Both the position numbers and the translations under genes were made by a program. The notes beneath the pieces are model-generated. The model was given only the letters and a program-made list of their open reading frames with translations. It did not search any database and was not told the origin of the DNA. From NCBI GenBank assembly GCA_963678065.2, contig CAXXVZ010000003.1:2176001-2240000 (forward strand): a DNA stretch of 64,000 bases, in the 5' to 3' direction. Shown here piece after piece: positions 24,075 through 38,782 of this stretch (positions are counted from its first letter, which is position 1; each line of letters begins with the position of its first letter). The stretch is from Treponemataceae bacterium. Lineage in GTDB: Bacteria; Spirochaetota; Spirochaetia; Treponematales; Rectinemataceae.

Positions 24075-24262
24075 CAGGCAATCGTTGATTTTTCCCGTTT
24101 ATTTTCAAACTCGCGCTATCCCGCAAAAACCACAACATCCCTCAAAGCGAGTCTTAATCAAACTCATGAAACTTTCGAACCAGGTCTCTACTTATCAAGA
24201 CAACAAACGGATTCTCATGCATCCATCCGTTGTCCACTCAACCTATGTAGGGAATAAAAAAA

Positions 24263-24375
<113 letters not shown>

Positions 24376-24531
24376 AATATATACGAACGAGGGGCCTCAT
24401 CGAGCGAGGCAGTACAGGCGGCGCCGATCAGGACGATCAGGCGAAGCGCGGGTACGGGGGAAGCAGAAGAAGGCGACAGAAAACCTGACCGGATGGCCAG
24501 TGTCCTTACGGAAAAAAGCGAACGATAATAT

Positions 24532-27500
<2,969 letters not shown>

Positions 27501-27778
27501 ATATTATTGATCGCTCTTTTCTTTCCCACTTCGGGTGCAATGCTTCTGTGCCCCACTCCGCTCGCGCCCTTCCTGGACGCTTCGCTCGTCTTCGCTCTTC
27601 GCATTGCACGTTTGCCGGTCAACCATACGCGCTCGCATACGGTCTCCCAGCCCTTTTGTTTTGCCTTTCCCCGATGAATCCTGTCATCCCTGACTGATCC
27701 ATCGGTCTGCTTCCCTTCCCTGGTTCCTTTCAATGAACACGCTGTGAACGGCCCACGCCGCAGGGCATGCCCGCTTCG

Positions 27779-27852
27779 TGGAGATAATGGGACTCGAACC
27801 CACGACCTACGGCTTGCAAAGCCGCCGCTCTAGCCAACTGAGCTATATCCCC
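27779..27852 (-). tRNA. tRNA-Ala(UGC) (copy B)
   Basis: Same sequence as copy A. Confidence 0.97.
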
Positions 27853-28005
27853 AGTCAGATAGTTCTTTCCACTTATAAAAAAAAGAAGGGATAAAGTAAG
27901 GAGGGTTAGTACTGCCTTCGATCCAGTGCGTCAGCCTTCAGCTTCCGCATTCACGAATGCACGCATTCGTGGCGCGTACTTCAAAGACTGTCCACTCTTT
28001 CTCGC

Positions 28006-29547
<1,542 letters not shown>

Positions 29548-29804
29548 ATATATTCAAACGGGCCGAAGCCCATTCGATATCATAAAGAATCAAATCTTCT
29601 TGTTCCGTATTCCCTCTCGGAAACACCGGCATTCGCTTTCCTCTCGCCTCTCATGGCCGCGCTTCGCCGAACTCTCATCCGACTCCTCACTGCCCTGTTT
29701 GGCTTCGAACCTTTCGGTCCTCTCCCTTACTCTATCCCTTCCCTTGTTCCTGTTAATGACCCTTTCTCAACCACATCAGCAGCTTCCGTGCCATGCGGCT
29801 CAGC

Positions 29805-30144
29805 TTTTTACCACCACACCTCTCACCCTGTCAAGCAGATCTTTCCTTCCTGCCTTTCTCAGAATGACTCGGACCGAACCATGGCGCTTTGCATCACAAA
29901 GCACATGCGATTCAGTCAAAACAGCCAGTATTTCACCGTTTGTTTTTTTGGCGCTCTATTAAAATAGCAAACCGGCCGATCGATTGTCAATACCCTGCCA
30001 AATCAATCGGCGATATTATCGGACGAACATTCCCGGACCACATATTCCTTTTCGAACACCATCGATCCGGGCAACCATTCTTTCGAATCTGGCTGCCGTT
30101 CGGCGGCGAGGTTGACAATACGGAATTTGAGCGCGGATGGTCAA
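29805..30144 (-). promoter_or_regulatory. Tandem rRNA promoters of copy B
   Basis: TTGACA-N18-TAAAAA (29834-29805), TTGACA-N18-TATTTT (29990-29961), TTGACC-N18-TATTGT (30144-30115). Confidence 0.6.
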
Positions 30145-30217
30145 GCACCAAATGCGGAAAATTCATCAAAATATCATCATTTGCAAACAAGGGCAAAAAA
30201 CATAAACAAGCCAGACA

Positions 30218-30793
30218 TCATGTTCCGGAAGAACTCAACTTCCGGAACTGCACAAGATAGTCGATGAACGAGGCAACGGAAAGCGTCACGGCAAAAACGT
30301 ATGACACAGCGATGATGACTCTGAAAGCCGGGATGATGCCGGGGAACCAGCCCAGAGACTCCACGGAGAAGAGCGCCAACGAGAGTATGCCGGACACCAT
30401 GTACAGAACGGCCTTGGCCTTTCCGCCAGGTCGGGCTCCCATGGTGATCCCCTTGTCGACGAGCAGCATGCGGATGAAAAGTATACCGAATTCGCGGTAC
30501 AGGATGATGAGGAAAGCCCAAAGAGGCATTATGCCGGAGAAGGTAAAGCATACGAAGTAGGTCATCCGCGCGATGACATCGGCAAATGGGTCGAAGAGTT
30601 TGCCAAAACTGCTGACAGACTTGGTCGAGCGGGCCACGGCGCCGTCCAGCAGGTCACTCAACTCGATGGAGACGAACAGGATCCACAAAAAGATGACGGC
30701 AGGAATTTTCGGAATACCCGGGATAAAATAGAGAGCAAAGAAAATAGGTGAAAGAAAAATCCTGCTCATAGTGAGCTTGTCGGCGGGAGTCAT
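30218..30793 (-). CDS. pgsA: CDP-diacylglycerol--glycerol-3-phosphate 3-phosphatidyltransferase
   Basis: MTPADKLTMSRI, SDLLDGAVAR...FGKLFDPFAD, YREF, GGKAKA. Confidence 0.9.
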   Translation of the reverse strand: MTPADKLTMSRIFLSPIFFALYFIPGIPKIPAVIFLWILFVSIELSDLLDGAVARSTKSVSSFGKLFDPFADVIARMTYFVCFTFSGIMPLWAFLIILYREFGILFIRMLLVDKGITMGARPGGKAKAVLYMVSGILSLALFSVESLGWFPGIIPAFRVIIAVSYVFAVTLSVASFIDYLVQFRKLSSSGT

Positions 30794-30800
30794 AGGTTCG

Positions 30801-30840
30801 AGGATATGGATTTGACACGGCCACTGTCAAGTTATATCAT
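30801..30840. promoter_or_regulatory. Overlapping divergent sigma70 promoters
   Basis: Plus: TTGACA-N17-TATCAT (30812-30840); minus: TTGACA-N18-TATCCT (30830-30801). Confidence 0.75.
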
Positions 30841-30904
30841 TCATTGACCTGTCCAGACGAGTCGGCATCCATATTCGCAGGACAGGTGGAATCCGGAGGC
30901 AGGA

Positions 30905-31732
30905 TTGACGCACATTATCCCTGACAGGCTCACCCGCAGCATGGTCAGGACCATGGTGGGATACTACGTCACGCAGATGGTCATCTTTTTTGCCTTCGCC
31001 GTTCCAGGCGGTTTCGGGCGCCGATACGGGTTGCCTTTCTGGATAGTTTCCACCTGTTTTCAGCTTGCACTCCTCGGCATGCTCTTCGTGTTCCGCAATG
31101 ACTTCGTCATCGAAAAAACTGGCGAAAAACTGGTCCGCGTCAATGTTGCGAACAGGATAACCCTGTTCCGCATAACTACGCTTCCGACGCTTCTCTTCCT
31201 TATTATCGCTGCGAAGGCGTACAGGATCCGCACTCCTCTCCTCGTCCTCGTCGTCCTCGTCTTCCTGACGGATTTCATGGACGGCTACATCAGCAGGAAG
31301 GCGAAACAGGTAACGCGCGTCGGAAGAATGATGGACTCGGCGAGTGACTACAGCCTCCTCGCCGTATTGACCACAGTATTCCTTTACTACAGACTCATTC
31401 CTCTCTGGATGTTCTGGCTCGTAACCGCACGGCTCGGACTCCAGTCCGTGCTCATGGGCATCCTCATTCTCGTCAAGCGCAAGATAGAGCCAAAGACAAC
31501 ACCCTTGGGCAAAGTTGCCGTTGCCTCGATCATGGTTTTATATTCAGTCGAGGTGCTGAAACTGATTGCGCTCCCCACGCCCCCCATTATTCTTCGGATC
31601 GTCGAGTACGCGGTGGGAGTGGTGCTCGCAGTCAGCATGGTCGACAAGATAAAGATATTCGCAGCTTCCCTCTCTCCCCTTCGTGAAAAGACCACGGTGG
31701 AAACTGCCGGCACGGACTCCGGGCCCCACTGA
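30905..31732 (+). CDS. Second CDP-alcohol phosphatidyltransferase, with N-terminal TM extension
   Basis: NVANRITLFRI, TDFMDGYISRK...VGRMMDSASD; TTG start after GGAGG. Confidence 0.85.
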   Translation: MTHIIPDRLTRSMVRTMVGYYVTQMVIFFAFAVPGGFGRRYGLPFWIVSTCFQLALLGMLFVFRNDFVIEKTGEKLVRVNVANRITLFRITTLPTLLFLIIAAKAYRIRTPLLVLVVLVFLTDFMDGYISRKAKQVTRVGRMMDSASDYSLLAVLTTVFLYYRLIPLWMFWLVTARLGLQSVLMGILILVKRKIEPKTTPLGKVAVASIMVLYSVEVLKLIALPTPPIILRIVEYAVGVVLAVSMVDKIKIFAASLSPLREKTTVETAGTDSGPH

Positions 31733-31772
31733 AGGGTCTGTGTCCAGCGAAAACAAATTCAGGAGAAATCAC

Positions 31773-32405
31773 ATGGCATTGATCAAAAGCGCTCTCGAAT
31801 TGGCCCTTGAAAAGACGAAAGACCTCAAATTTGACAGTGTCGCACTCGAAACCGGCAAATTCAAGGCGGAAGGCAAGCGCGCCGCGGGAAAATTTCTGGA
31901 AACCCCTGACGAGGTGGATCTGGCCGCGATGATCGACGCATGCGACCCTGCCTACAGGGAAGTCTACAAGGAAGGAATGATCGAGGTGCTCGCCGCAAAC
32001 CTCCAGCTCCCGAATGGAGATCTCGCCCTTGAAAAGATCGCAGCCATCGGGAAAGGATACGAGATTCTGGCCTCCCGCGCTGCTCCGGTGGAAGGCAAGC
32101 CCGCCACCGGATATGTGAAACAGCTCTACGGACAGATCGCCGACTTCCTCAGAAAATACCTCGACGACATGAAAAACGTCGAACAGATGATACGGAAACA
32201 GTGGGCGCCCAAACTGCGCGAAAAAGAGCGACAGATGGCCGCCCGCATGGGTCCGGATTACAGAATGGATCCCATGGCCGATCCCGAGTTCGCCGCTTTC
32301 TACAAACAGAACGTGGAGTCGGTCAGACAGCAGTACATCTCCGCCCTCGAAAAGGCGAAGGGTGACCTCGCCGGACTCTGCGGATTCGCTCCCGCGGGGG
32401 ACTGA
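31773..32405 (+). CDS. Conserved helical hypothetical protein (DUF6657-like)
   Basis: MALIKSALELALEKT N-terminus; AGGAG RBS. Confidence 0.65.
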   Translation: MALIKSALELALEKTKDLKFDSVALETGKFKAEGKRAAGKFLETPDEVDLAAMIDACDPAYREVYKEGMIEVLAANLQLPNGDLALEKIAAIGKGYEILASRAAPVEGKPATGYVKQLYGQIADFLRKYLDDMKNVEQMIRKQWAPKLREKERQMAARMGPDYRMDPMADPEFAAFYKQNVESVRQQYISALEKAKGDLAGLCGFAPAGD

Positions 32406-32410
32406 AGAGC

Positions 32411-34261
32411 TCAGGCTTGGCTGGCGCGGACCAGCCTGACCATGAGGAGAGCCGAGTCAGACCGTCTGACCCCGGGGATGCGCGCAGCCTGACCCAGGGT
32501 CGCCGGCCGAACGGCCTGAAGCTTCTCGACAGATTCGCTCGACAGACCCTCAACCGAAGAAAAGTCGAAGTCATCGGGAATCCTCATCCTGTCGGCCTTC
32601 TCGAACCGTGCCGCAAGCCTCTCTTCTTTCGCCTCATAGCCCGCATACCGCGCGTCCAGCTCTGCCGTTTCGATCCATTCCGGCGGGAACTCTCCTGCCG
32701 CGTCGGGGAAAAAGCGGGAAAAACCTCCCGCGACCGCGCCGTCCCTGAGCGCATCCGACACGAACTCGCCGACATGGGGAAGAAGAGCGGAATCCGCTTC
32801 GGCTTCCTGTCTGGATATGCGTCTTGATGAGAGCAGGGCCGATATCCTGTCGATTCCGGCCGACTTTTCCAGCCAAACGAGCCAGCGTTCCTCGCCGACA
32901 AGTCCTCTCTTTCTGCCCAGGGGCGTGAGCCTGCGGTCTGCGGTATCGTGTCTCAGCGAGAGCCTGCGCTCAGCCCTGCTCGTGAACATGCGGTAGGGCT
33001 CGGTCGGCCCTAGCGTGACGATATCGTCGACGAGGACGCCGATATAGGATTCTTCGCGGCCGAGTATGAGGGGAGGATCTGCGCGCAGGTATGCCGAGGC
33101 GTTGATACCGGCGACAAGGCCCTGGGCTGCGGCTTCCTCGTAGCCCGAGGTCCCGTTCGTCTGCCCGGCCACGAAGAGCCCCGCCATCAGTTTGGACTCG
33201 AGGCTCGCCTTGAGCGAAGATGGCGCGAGGTAATCGTACTCCACGGCGTAGCCCGGCCGCACGACCTCGGCGTGGGCGAAGCCGGGAAGAGTCCGGATGA
33301 ACTCGATCTGGATAGCCTCGGGAAGGGAGCTGGAAAGACCGTTCAGGTACATCTCGTCGGTATTGAGCCCCTCGGGTTCGACGAAAATCTGGTGTCCCCC
33401 GCGCGCGGGAAAACGGACGACTTTGTCCTCGATGGACGGACAGTAACGAGGCCCTTTGCCGACGATTGCCCCTCCGAAAAGTGGAGACTGATCCAGCCCC
33501 GAGCGGATGATCTCGTGCGTCCTCTCGTTGGTCCAGGTGATCCAACAGGGAACGTGCGGCCTGTCCACAGATGAATTGAGGAAGGAGAATGGGTGGACTT
33601 CCTCGTCGCCCTCCTGTCTTTCCATCTCGTCAAAGTCGAGGGAACGGGCCCTGACCCGCGCGGGAGTGCCTGTCTTCATGCGTCCGACCGGGAAGCCGCG
33701 CGCGCGGAGCGCCTTTCCGAGCCCGAGAGCGGCGGGCTCGCCGAGTCTCCCGCCGGAGGCCCTCCAGGCGCCGATAAAGAGCTTGCCCTCCATGAATGTC
33801 CCTGTTGTCAGAACGACGACAGAGGCGCTGATCCTGTAGCCCCGATCCGTGAGGACAGCCTCGACGCGCATACCCGAAGTGTCAGGGATCAGATCGACGA
33901 CGGTGTCCATGAGAATCGAGAGCCCCGCGCAGGATTCGAGACGCTTGCGGGCGATGGCGGAGTAGCACGCCTTGTCCGCCTGCGCGCGGGGCGCCTGGAC
34001 GGCCGGGCCGCGGGAACGGTTGAGGATGCGGAACTGGATGAGCGATTCGTCGGTGATGAGCCCCATCTCGCCGCCGAGGGCATCGATCTCGCGGACGAGG
34101 TTCCCTTTAGCGAGGCCGCCGATGGCGGGATTGCAGGAGAGCCGACCGATCGCGTCGGGATTCTGGGTCACAAGGAGTGTCTTGTGACCGAGTCGGGCGA
34201 GAGCCAGCGATGCCTCGATTCCGGCGTGGCCGCCGCCTATTACCAGTGCTTCAAAATCCAT
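32411..34261 (-). CDS. mnmG: tRNA U34 modification enzyme MnmG (GidA)
   Basis: GGGHAGIEA, SCNPAIGG, GPRYCPSIEDK, AGQTNGTSGYEEAAAQG, EPYRMFTSRAE. Confidence 0.97.
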   Translation of the reverse strand: MDFEALVIGGGHAGIEASLALARLGHKTLLVTQNPDAIGRLSCNPAIGGLAKGNLVREIDALGGEMGLITDESLIQFRILNRSRGPAVQAPRAQADKACYSAIARKRLESCAGLSILMDTVVDLIPDTSGMRVEAVLTDRGYRISASVVVLTTGTFMEGKLFIGAWRASGGRLGEPAALGLGKALRARGFPVGRMKTGTPARVRARSLDFDEMERQEGDEEVHPFSFLNSSVDRPHVPCWITWTNERTHEIIRSGLDQSPLFGGAIVGKGPRYCPSIEDKVVRFPARGGHQIFVEPEGLNTDEMYLNGLSSSLPEAIQIEFIRTLPGFAHAEVVRPGYAVEYDYLAPSSLKASLESKLMAGLFVAGQTNGTSGYEEAAAQGLVAGINASAYLRADPPLILGREESYIGVLVDDIVTLGPTEPYRMFTSRAERRLSLRHDTADRRLTPLGRKRGLVGEERWLVWLEKSAGIDRISALLSSRRISRQEAEADSALLPHVGEFVSDALRDGAVAGGFSRFFPDAAGEFPPEWIETAELDARYAGYEAKEERLAARFEKADRMRIPDDFDFSSVEGLSSESVEKLQAVRPATLGQAARIPGVRRSDSALLMVRLVRASQA

Positions 34262-34275
34262 CGTCGTGGGCGCTC

Positions 34276-35640
34276 CTACTTGCCGAGGCAGAATCGGGAG
34301 AATACGGACTCGAGAATTTCTCCGGAAAGGATTTCGCCCGTCATCTCGCCCAGGTGAAAAGCCGCTTCCTTGAGGTCGAGGGCGAGGATGTCGAGGTTCG
34401 CGCCCGAAGTTGCATCCCCGAAGGCCGCGCGGAGGGCTTGTGCCGTCCGGTCGAGGAGGATTTTCTGACGCTCCCCCGCGACGACGATCCCCGATTCGGC
34501 GGAAGCAGGATGAGCGCCGCGCAGGCTGGCCGCGAGGGCGTCGACGAGGGCGGAAAAACCATCCCTGGAAACCGCGCTCATCGCGATGAAACCCGCGGGA
34601 GCAGGGAGGCGCTCCGGACGGTCGGCCTTGCTCCAGACGCGGATCGCGCCGGGGTGGGCGCGCAGGAAAGTCTCGTCTTCAGGCGCAATCCCCCGAAGGC
34701 CGTCCACGAGGTACAGGAGGGCATCGGCTCTCTCGGCCAGTCCGAGCGCGCGTTCGATGCCCGCGGATTCCACGCCCGAAGCGTCTTCCCGTATGCCCGC
34801 CGTGTCAGTGAGCCTGAGGGGCAGACCGTCCAACTCGATCCAGGATTCGATCCAGTCCCTTGTCGTGCCGGGCTCGGCGCTGACGATGGAGCGCTCTTCG
34901 CGCAGAAGCAGGTTGAACAGGCTGGATTTTCCGGCGTTCGGCTTTCCGGCGATGACTACGCGGGCGCCCTCGCGGTGAAGGCGGCCGATGGCGTAGGTCG
35001 AAGTCAGCTTTTCCACCTCGGCCAGAAGATCCCTGATGGACGAGGGATCGGGCCCGGAGTCCTCCGGTCCTTCGTCTTCGGGATAGTCGAGGCGGGACTC
35101 GACTTCCGCGAGAATGTCGACGAGGGATGTCCGGATGGCTCCAATCCGGAGGGAAAGCCCCCCCTCCAGTCTCGCGAGGGCTTCAGCCCTGGCGCTTTCT
35201 CCGCGGGCGCGCACGAGCTCTTCCACAGCTTCAGCGCGGAGGAGATCGGTCTTGCCGTTCAGAAGCGCGCGGAGGGAGAACTCCCCCGGCAGGGCGGGAG
35301 CGAATCCGGCTTTTTCGAGCGCCGAGAGCCCTTTGCGGACGACCTCGGGCGAACCGTGGCAGGAAAACTCCACGCTGTCCTCGCCCGTATGGCTGTGCGG
35401 GGCGCGAAAGACGGAAGCGAGGACTTCGTCTATGGCCTCTCCATTATCTGGGTCGAGAAGAAATCCGAGGACCATGCTGTAGCCCGGGGCGCTCTTGAGC
35501 TTTTTGGGCTTTGAGAAACAGCGCGAGGCAAGGTCGATGACGCCGGGGCCGGCGGTTTTCAGGACCGCGAGGGCTCCGGCGCCCGGCGGAGTGGCCAGAG
35601 CGGCGATCGGACAGGGTGGATCCAGATAGGTTCGCGTCAT
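34276..35640 (-). CDS. mnmE: tRNA modification GTPase MnmE (TrmE)
   Basis: IAALATP, GKPNAGKSSL, GTTRD, DTAG, C-terminal FCLGK. Confidence 0.97.
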   Translation of the reverse strand: MTRTYLDPPCPIAALATPPGAGALAVLKTAGPGVIDLASRCFSKPKKLKSAPGYSMVLGFLLDPDNGEAIDEVLASVFRAPHSHTGEDSVEFSCHGSPEVVRKGLSALEKAGFAPALPGEFSLRALLNGKTDLLRAEAVEELVRARGESARAEALARLEGGLSLRIGAIRTSLVDILAEVESRLDYPEDEGPEDSGPDPSSIRDLLAEVEKLTSTYAIGRLHREGARVVIAGKPNAGKSSLFNLLLREERSIVSAEPGTTRDWIESWIELDGLPLRLTDTAGIREDASGVESAGIERALGLAERADALLYLVDGLRGIAPEDETFLRAHPGAIRVWSKADRPERLPAPAGFIAMSAVSRDGFSALVDALAASLRGAHPASAESGIVVAGERQKILLDRTAQALRAAFGDATSGANLDILALDLKEAAFHLGEMTGEILSGEILESVFSRFCLGK

Positions 35641-35794
35641 CGTTGTGCGATGACGATACCGCGACAGGCCGGAATCATCAAGGGAGGAGGATAGGAAGGA
35701 TAGGTGCGTCGTAGGGCGAGGACGACGTCAGCCTACTCCGCTTTCTCCTTCAGCCCCGGGACGTCCATGCTTAGAATTTGTGCGGTGCTGTGCG

Positions 35795-36991
35795 TCAACA
35801 GCCTTGCGAAGGGGAGCTGCGGGATTGGGAAAGAGCCCGGTCGATCCTGGCGAGAGCCGCACGGAGAATGGAGGAGGGACAGGCCAGGTTCATACGCATG
35901 AAGCCCTGTCCTCCCGTTCCGAATTTTGCGCCCTCGTCCAGCCAGACTCCGGCCGTTTTCGAGAAAAACGCCTTCAGTTCAGGATCGGTGAGCCCGAGGG
36001 CGCGGCAGCCGATCCAGGCCAGATAGCTACCCTCGAGCGGCGCGAGCGTGAATGCGTCAGCGCGCGAGGTGACGAATTCGGCGAGTATGGCATAGTTGTT
36101 CGCGATGTAGGCGTTCAAAGCTTCCAGCCAGCTCTCGCCATGTGTGTAGGCGGCCTCCATGGCGACCATGCCGAAGATGTTGGCGAGACCAAGCCCGAGG
36201 GCGGCGCTCTGTTTCGTGAAAGCTGTCCTGAGATTCTCGTCGGGAATGATGATGTTGCCGGTCGGAATCCCCGCGACGTTGAAGGTCTTGTTGGGGGCGG
36301 TGCAGGTCACGGTGATTCCGGCAAAGGAAGGATCGATGGTCGCGAGGCAGGTATGTGACGAGCCGGGCATGATGATGTCCGAATGGATTTCGTCGGAAAC
36401 GATCACCACGCTGTGGCGGAGACAGATATCCGCGAGCCGGCGCAGTTCTTCCTGCTCCCAGACCCTGCCGACAGGGTTGTGGGGGCTCGAGAGGATGAGC
36501 ATTTTCGCCCCCTGCGCCGCCTTGGCCTCGAGGTCCTCGTAGTCCATGACGTAGCGACCCCGCTCGAACTTCAGGGGATTCTCGAGAAGTCTGCGGCCGT
36601 TGTTCACTGCCGCGTTGAAGAAGGGGTAATAGACTGGCGGCTGGACGAGCACCGCGTCGCCCGGCTTCGTGTAGGCCAGAACCGCTATGTTGAGGGCGGG
36701 AACGATGCCGGGAGCGAAACAGATCCACTCTTTTTTGATGTCCCAGCCATTCCGGCGCCGCATCCAGGAAATGAGGGCGTTGTGGTAGCCTTCTGTACGC
36801 ATGGAATAGCCGTATATCGGGTGACGCGCCCGCTCGGCGATGGCGCTGACCACCTCGGGCGGACAGGCGAAATCCATGTCGGCGACCCACATCGGAATAG
36901 CCTCGGCATTGCCGCAGAGTTCCTCTCTAGAACACCATTTCAACGATCCTGTCTGACTCCTATCGATCACCTGGTCAAAATCATAGGTCAT
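35795..36991 (-). CDS. MalY/PatB-family PLP enzyme (cystathionine beta-lyase-like)
   Basis: PMWVADMDF, PHNPVGRVW, SDEIHSD, PNKTFNVAG, RMNLACP. Confidence 0.9.
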   Translation of the reverse strand: MTYDFDQVIDRSQTGSLKWCSREELCGNAEAIPMWVADMDFACPPEVVSAIAERARHPIYGYSMRTEGYHNALISWMRRRNGWDIKKEWICFAPGIVPALNIAVLAYTKPGDAVLVQPPVYYPFFNAAVNNGRRLLENPLKFERGRYVMDYEDLEAKAAQGAKMLILSSPHNPVGRVWEQEELRRLADICLRHSVVIVSDEIHSDIIMPGSSHTCLATIDPSFAGITVTCTAPNKTFNVAGIPTGNIIIPDENLRTAFTKQSAALGLGLANIFGMVAMEAAYTHGESWLEALNAYIANNYAILAEFVTSRADAFTLAPLEGSYLAWIGCRALGLTDPELKAFFSKTAGVWLDEGAKFGTGGQGFMRMNLACPSSILRAALARIDRALSQSRSSPSQGC

Positions 36992-37165
36992 GTCCATCCC
37001 CCTGGGCTCACAGAGTATCGATTTTCCGGAAAAACATGAATAGCTTTTCATGTACCGGATCAGGCCTGTGCCAGCGCGGCCAGTCCGATGCCGCCCGCAC
37101 TGCGTCGGCCGGCGCGAGCCCGACTCCCCGGTTGCATCGCGTGGCTGCAATCGCGCAATTGTCCA

Positions 37166-37197
37166 TTGACAAAACTGATATATCAATTCAATATCAG
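37166..37197 (+). promoter_or_regulatory. GntR gene promoter with palindromic operator in the spacer
   Basis: TTGACA-N17-CAATAT; palindrome TGATATATCA at 37176-37185. Confidence 0.65.
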
Positions 37198-37200
37198 AGT

Positions 37201-37950
37201 ATGGAATCAGAAACCATCACAGACAACCCGAACGAAAACTCGCTGCGCCGCACCGTGTATCTGTATCTGAAGAGATGCCTCAACCAAGGCAGCATCAGAC
37301 CTGGTTCCTTTCTCGACCTGACAGCGATAGGAAGGGATCTCGGTATGTCGAGAACCCCCCTCAGGGACGCCCTCCTCAGGCTCGAGGCCGAAGGATTCGT
37401 CACCATCCATTCGCGGCGAGGAGTCATGGTCAAGGCGCTCGACCTCGAGACGATCCGCAACCTCTACCAGATCCTCGGAGCCCTCGAAGGGGCTGTCATC
37501 GAGGAGATTGGTCCACGCTTCGGCGCGCGGGAACTCGCGCGGATGAAGGCCGCCAATTCGGATATGGCCGAAGATCTCGCGCGCGATGACTTCGACTCCT
37601 ATTATGCCCACAATCTCGAATTTCACAACAGCTATCTCGACCTGGGATCGAATTCCGACATTATCCGCATAATCAGGATACAGAAGGAAAGGTTGTACGA
37701 TTTCCCGCGCAGGCAGGACTATGTCAGGGATTGGGAACTCGCCTCCGTCGGCGAGCATGCACGCCTCGTCGAGCTGCTGGCAGGCGGGGACTTCCGCGGC
37801 GCCGCGGCTTTCATGCGGGATGTCCACTGGTCCTTCGCCGTTCAGGAACCTTTCGTGCGCAGGTATTACCTGGAAAGGCCTGCCGGCCTGGCCTCGCGCC
37901 CGAAGGAGGCTCCACATAAGGGTGAAAGGTCGGAGAGGCCCCGTACATGA
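37201..37950 (+). CDS. GntR-family regulator (FCD domain)
   Basis: LGMSRTPLRDALLRLEAEGFV..RRG wHTH; NLEFH, EH, HW in FCD. Confidence 0.92.
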   Translation: MESETITDNPNENSLRRTVYLYLKRCLNQGSIRPGSFLDLTAIGRDLGMSRTPLRDALLRLEAEGFVTIHSRRGVMVKALDLETIRNLYQILGALEGAVIEEIGPRFGARELARMKAANSDMAEDLARDDFDSYYAHNLEFHNSYLDLGSNSDIIRIIRIQKERLYDFPRRQDYVRDWELASVGEHARLVELLAGGDFRGAAAFMRDVHWSFAVQEPFVRRYYLERPAGLASRPKEAPHKGERSERPRT

Positions 37951-38780
37951 CCGACGGACTCGTGTTCGACATACGGAAATTCTCCGTCCACGACGGCCCC
38001 GGCATCAGGACGACTGTGTTTCTGAAAGGCTGCCCGCTATCCTGCCGCTGGTGCCACAACCCGGAAAGTCGTTCCTTCGGGATCGAAGAATCTTTCAGGC
38101 CCGAACGCTGTCTCGACTGCGGCGCGTGCCGGAAGGGCGACAAACAATTCTCCTGTCCCGCCGACGCGCGGCAGGAGGTCGGCAGAAGGATGAGCGCGGA
38201 CGAGGTGATCTCGGAGCTCGTCAGGGACAGTGATTTCTACGAGGAGTCGGGGGGTGGCGCGACTTTTTCGGGAGGCGAACCCCTCGCACAGCCGGATTTT
38301 CTCGTCGAGTGCCTCGCCCTGTGCAAGGATGCCGGCCTCCGGACGGCTGTGGATACATCGGGCTGGGCAGCCCGCGAGATAGTCAGGAAGGTGTCATCGC
38401 TGACCGATCTCTTCCTTTACGACCTCAAGCTCGTCGACCCGACACGGCACGAGCGATGGACCGGGGTGAGTTCCGGACCGATACTGGACAATCTCGCATG
38501 GCTCGCATCATCGGGCGCGAAGATCTGGATACGCATACCCGTGATTCCGGGCGTGAACGCGGATATGGAAGACATGGAGGCCGCGGCGGATTTCCTCGTA
38601 TCCATCGGGGCCGGGTATCCCGTCTATCTCTTGCCCTACCACGATGCAGCTCGGGGCAAGTATTCGCTGCGCGGGGAAAAATGGGAAGGCGACTCGTTCA
38701 GGGTCCCTTCGGACGGGGAACTCGACCGTGCAGAGAGCATCTTTGCGGACCGCGGCATGACGGTCCACCGTGGAGGTTGA
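37947..38780 (+). CDS. Glycyl-radical enzyme activating protein (radical SAM)
   Basis: HDGPGIRTTVFLKGCPLSCRWCHNPES, GGEP. Confidence 0.95.
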   Translation: MTDGLVFDIRKFSVHDGPGIRTTVFLKGCPLSCRWCHNPESRSFGIEESFRPERCLDCGACRKGDKQFSCPADARQEVGRRMSADEVISELVRDSDFYEESGGGATFSGGEPLAQPDFLVECLALCKDAGLRTAVDTSGWAAREIVRKVSSLTDLFLYDLKLVDPTRHERWTGVSSGPILDNLAWLASSGAKIWIRIPVIPGVNADMEDMEAAADFLVSIGAGYPVYLLPYHDAARGKYSLRGEKWEGDSFRVPSDGELDRAESIFADRGMTVHRGG

Positions 38781-38782
38781 CT

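Noticed and set aside
35733..35768. Mini-ORF MDVPGLKEKAE upstream of mnmE as a leader peptide
   Set aside because: No RBS, no attenuator structure or regulatory codon run; mnmE has its own promoter-like element
38309..38782. N-terminal extension of the GRE ORF to 940 aa
   Set aside because: It overlaps the activase; GGAGG RBS and homology start at ATG 38783
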